NCBI RefSeq assembly: GCF_009914755.1
Contig: NC_060931.1
Reading direction: 5' to 3' (one strand)
Source of the DNA: the human T2T-CHM13v2.0 reference genome, Homo sapiens
Length of the DNA: 64,000 bases
Of the stretch, positions 61,004 through 64,000 are shown piece after piece (the first letter of the stretch is position 1; each line of letters opens with the position of its first letter). The notes beneath the pieces are model-generated. The model did not search any database. It saw nothing but the letters and a program-made list of their open reading frames with translations, and had not been told where the DNA came from. A program made the position numbers and the translations under genes.

Positions 61004-61669
61004 CTAATAAAGTTTAAAAATAGATAAATGTGAAATAGGAAACATTTAAAGCATGATACATCCACATATGTGCCCCCTTATGCCATGAAGTATTGTTACC
61101 AGGGTTCTTTCTAACAGCAGATAGGATGAGCTGGCTTAGGGTTCCCACATCTGCCAACTCATTCCCGTAATTAATCAGAGAGGCAGCGGGCCTGTCTGTC
61201 CAGGCCAACTGAAAGCTAGCAAAGCACTGTGCCTAAGGGAAAAGGGAAGTCCCCTGCAGTCTGAGTTAGTCCAGTAACCTCTTCCCAATGCAAGGGAAGA
61301 GGAATTGAGGTGCCATGCAGTCCAAGCAGACCAGCCTGCACAAAAGCTGAAGCCAGCATGGGGAGGCTAAGCAATCTAGGAATAGTTGTGATCCAACTAG
61401 GTTAAGTGACACAGTGAGGCACAGTTTGTTTGACTCCCATAGAAACTTGTTAATTGTAACTAACGGACAAGTCACTTTTACTCTGTGAGTTCTAGTTTTC
61501 TTGTCCATAAAATAGAGATGTTAATATCCATTTCACATGGCTGTTGCGAGGATCTGCCCAAATGAGACTGTGTGTGGCTGAACTCTGGAAACAATGAGGT
61601 GCCTTGTAGCAGTTAGGTGATCTCTGGGAAAGAGAACCATTAGATGACTGCCTTTCTACCTTGATCTAA

Positions 61670-61879
<210 letters not shown>

Positions 61880-62070
61880 TAGAGACAGGGTTTCACCGTG
61901 TTGTCCAGGCTGGTTTCGAACTCCTGAGCTCAGGCAATCCACTCGCCTCGGCCTCCCAAAATGCTAGGATTACAGGGCTGAGCCACTGCACCCAGCCGAT
62001 CTAAGAGTTTTGCGGGAGCAATTCATTCATCCAGACAAACACATACACTTGTAGCAAAGTACTTTTTCTA

Positions 62071-62280
<210 letters not shown>

Positions 62281-64000
62281 CTAGGCCAAGGATGCCTAGA
62301 GAAATACACAATATTTATTTCTGTATTTTTCTCTGGACTACATCCTCACATATTCCTGGTATAGATGTACCAGTAATCATGTCTTTTAAAAATGCTGCAA
62401 CTATTCATAATCGGTCAATTAAATGCCATTTTCCTATTGACTTAAAATGTAAAAGTATTGACTCTTTTTTATATTTCTGCTCAACTTTCAAAGGTCCTAA
62501 TGTGTTAGCATTAAGCAAATGTGTCTTACAGCTTCTTGGTCAAAGGATAAACGATTAAATATATTAGGAATTTAGAGGAAAGAATTCTGCCTTTCCAGTA
62601 TGAACTGTATTTCAGGGTAACCATACCTGAGAAGTAATTTTCTTTTTCTATCCCATAGAGCTAAAGCTACCAGAAAAATTCTTCTTTATAGATGAATCAC
62701 ACTAATAGTTGCAAAAGAGTTGATAGAATTAGAAAACCACCATTTGGCAATACTTAATGACATCATGGTTCTAAACAATCATTATCATTAGCTACTAAAA
62801 CCATTAAGTGAAAGATCAGATGAATAGTATAGTGGAATGATCAGACTGGAATGACCTGAACCTACTCTGTGATCTCCATCACTAAAAATAGGACAATCAG
62901 ACACTGTATATCTCTTCATAAGATGGGACAGAACCACTGGTACGAAGCCATCAATTGTATAGCATACTTGACTCAAAACTGAACCTAAATCTAATCAGTT
63001 CCCTAAATCTAATGATCAATTTATAGAAATTACACATCAAATGACCCCATGAGGAAACAATTTGCTAATCTGTTTTGAGACAGAGTTTCACTCTGTCACC
63101 CAGGCTGAAGTACAGTGGTGTGATCATGGCTCACTATATCCTCAACCTCCTGAGCCCAAGTGATCCTCCCACCTCAACCTCCCAAAGTGCTAGGATTATA
63201 AGCATCAGCCAGCATGCCAGGTTAATTTTCTACATTTTGAATTTGGAAAATTCTATAGGTCAAATCACCTAGTCGTTGTTTTTATTGTTTTTTTTTTTTC
63301 CTTTTTCTTTTTCTTTTCTTTTCTTTTTTTTTTTTTTTGAGACAGTCTCACTCTGTTGCCCAGGCTGAGTACAATGGTGCAAAGACAGCTCAACCTCCTG
63401 GGCTCAAGTGATCCTCCCACCTCAACCTCTTGAGTAGCTGGGACCACAAGTGTGTACCACCACACCTGTCTAACTTTTTAAAAAGTTTTTGTAGAGATGG
63501 GGTCTCAACTCACCATGTTGCCCAGGCTGGTCTTAAACTCCTGGGCTCAAGCAATCCTTCTGCCTTGGCCTCCCAAAGTGCTAGGATTACAGGCATGAGC
63601 CACCACACCTGGCCTATCTGATTTCTTAAAAATGAAATTGCATGAAAAAAGTAGAGGAGGGGAAACTGTAGTAGACTAAAAGATATTTATGACACAAATC
63701 AACCAAACACAATGTACAGACCCTGCTTAGATACTGATTTGCAATACCTCAACTCTAAATAGTCATTGTTTAAGACAATGGGAAAACATAAAACGTGAAC
63801 TGGGTATTAGATGATATTAAGGAATTATCATTAACTTTGTTACATAGGTTAATGATATTGTATTATGTTTTTTAAAACCTCTTACCTGTTAGGAAGACAC
63901 CTAATATATATACAGGGAAATGATAACATGTATTGGATTTACATTAAAATATTCCAGCAAAAGAAAAAAAGTTAGGCCAGGTGTGGTGGCTCATGCCTAT

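Overview
Primate (almost certainly human, 7q34) genomic DNA with two tandem minus-strand paralogues. The complete 5-exon ZC3HAV1L gene (CDS 42925->33452, 300 aa, four CCCH zinc fingers, CpG-island promoter) lies downstream of the last four exons of ZC3HAV1 (ZAP-L/PARP13.1, 62203->54502). Those four exons encode the inactive PARP-like domain and the C-terminal CVIS CaaX box, followed by a ~4 kb 3' UTR that carries the MIR10399 hairpin. ZC3HAV1 intron 12 holds a full-length processed RPL17 pseudogene. Bases 1-33000 are intergenic and dense in Alu and LTR elements. They contain a MER41 ERV1 provirus with three LTRs, nested MER4/THE1/MLT/LTR elements, a perfect 53-bp inverted duplication and an unexplained 86-nt hairpin in unique sequence. 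I cannot establish a new biological system from the sequence alone; the best leads are listed as findings. Gene, miRNA and repeat names, ZAP residue numbers and exon numbers come from recall, not from a database search. Repeat boundaries are approximate unless a target-site duplication (TSD) is given.
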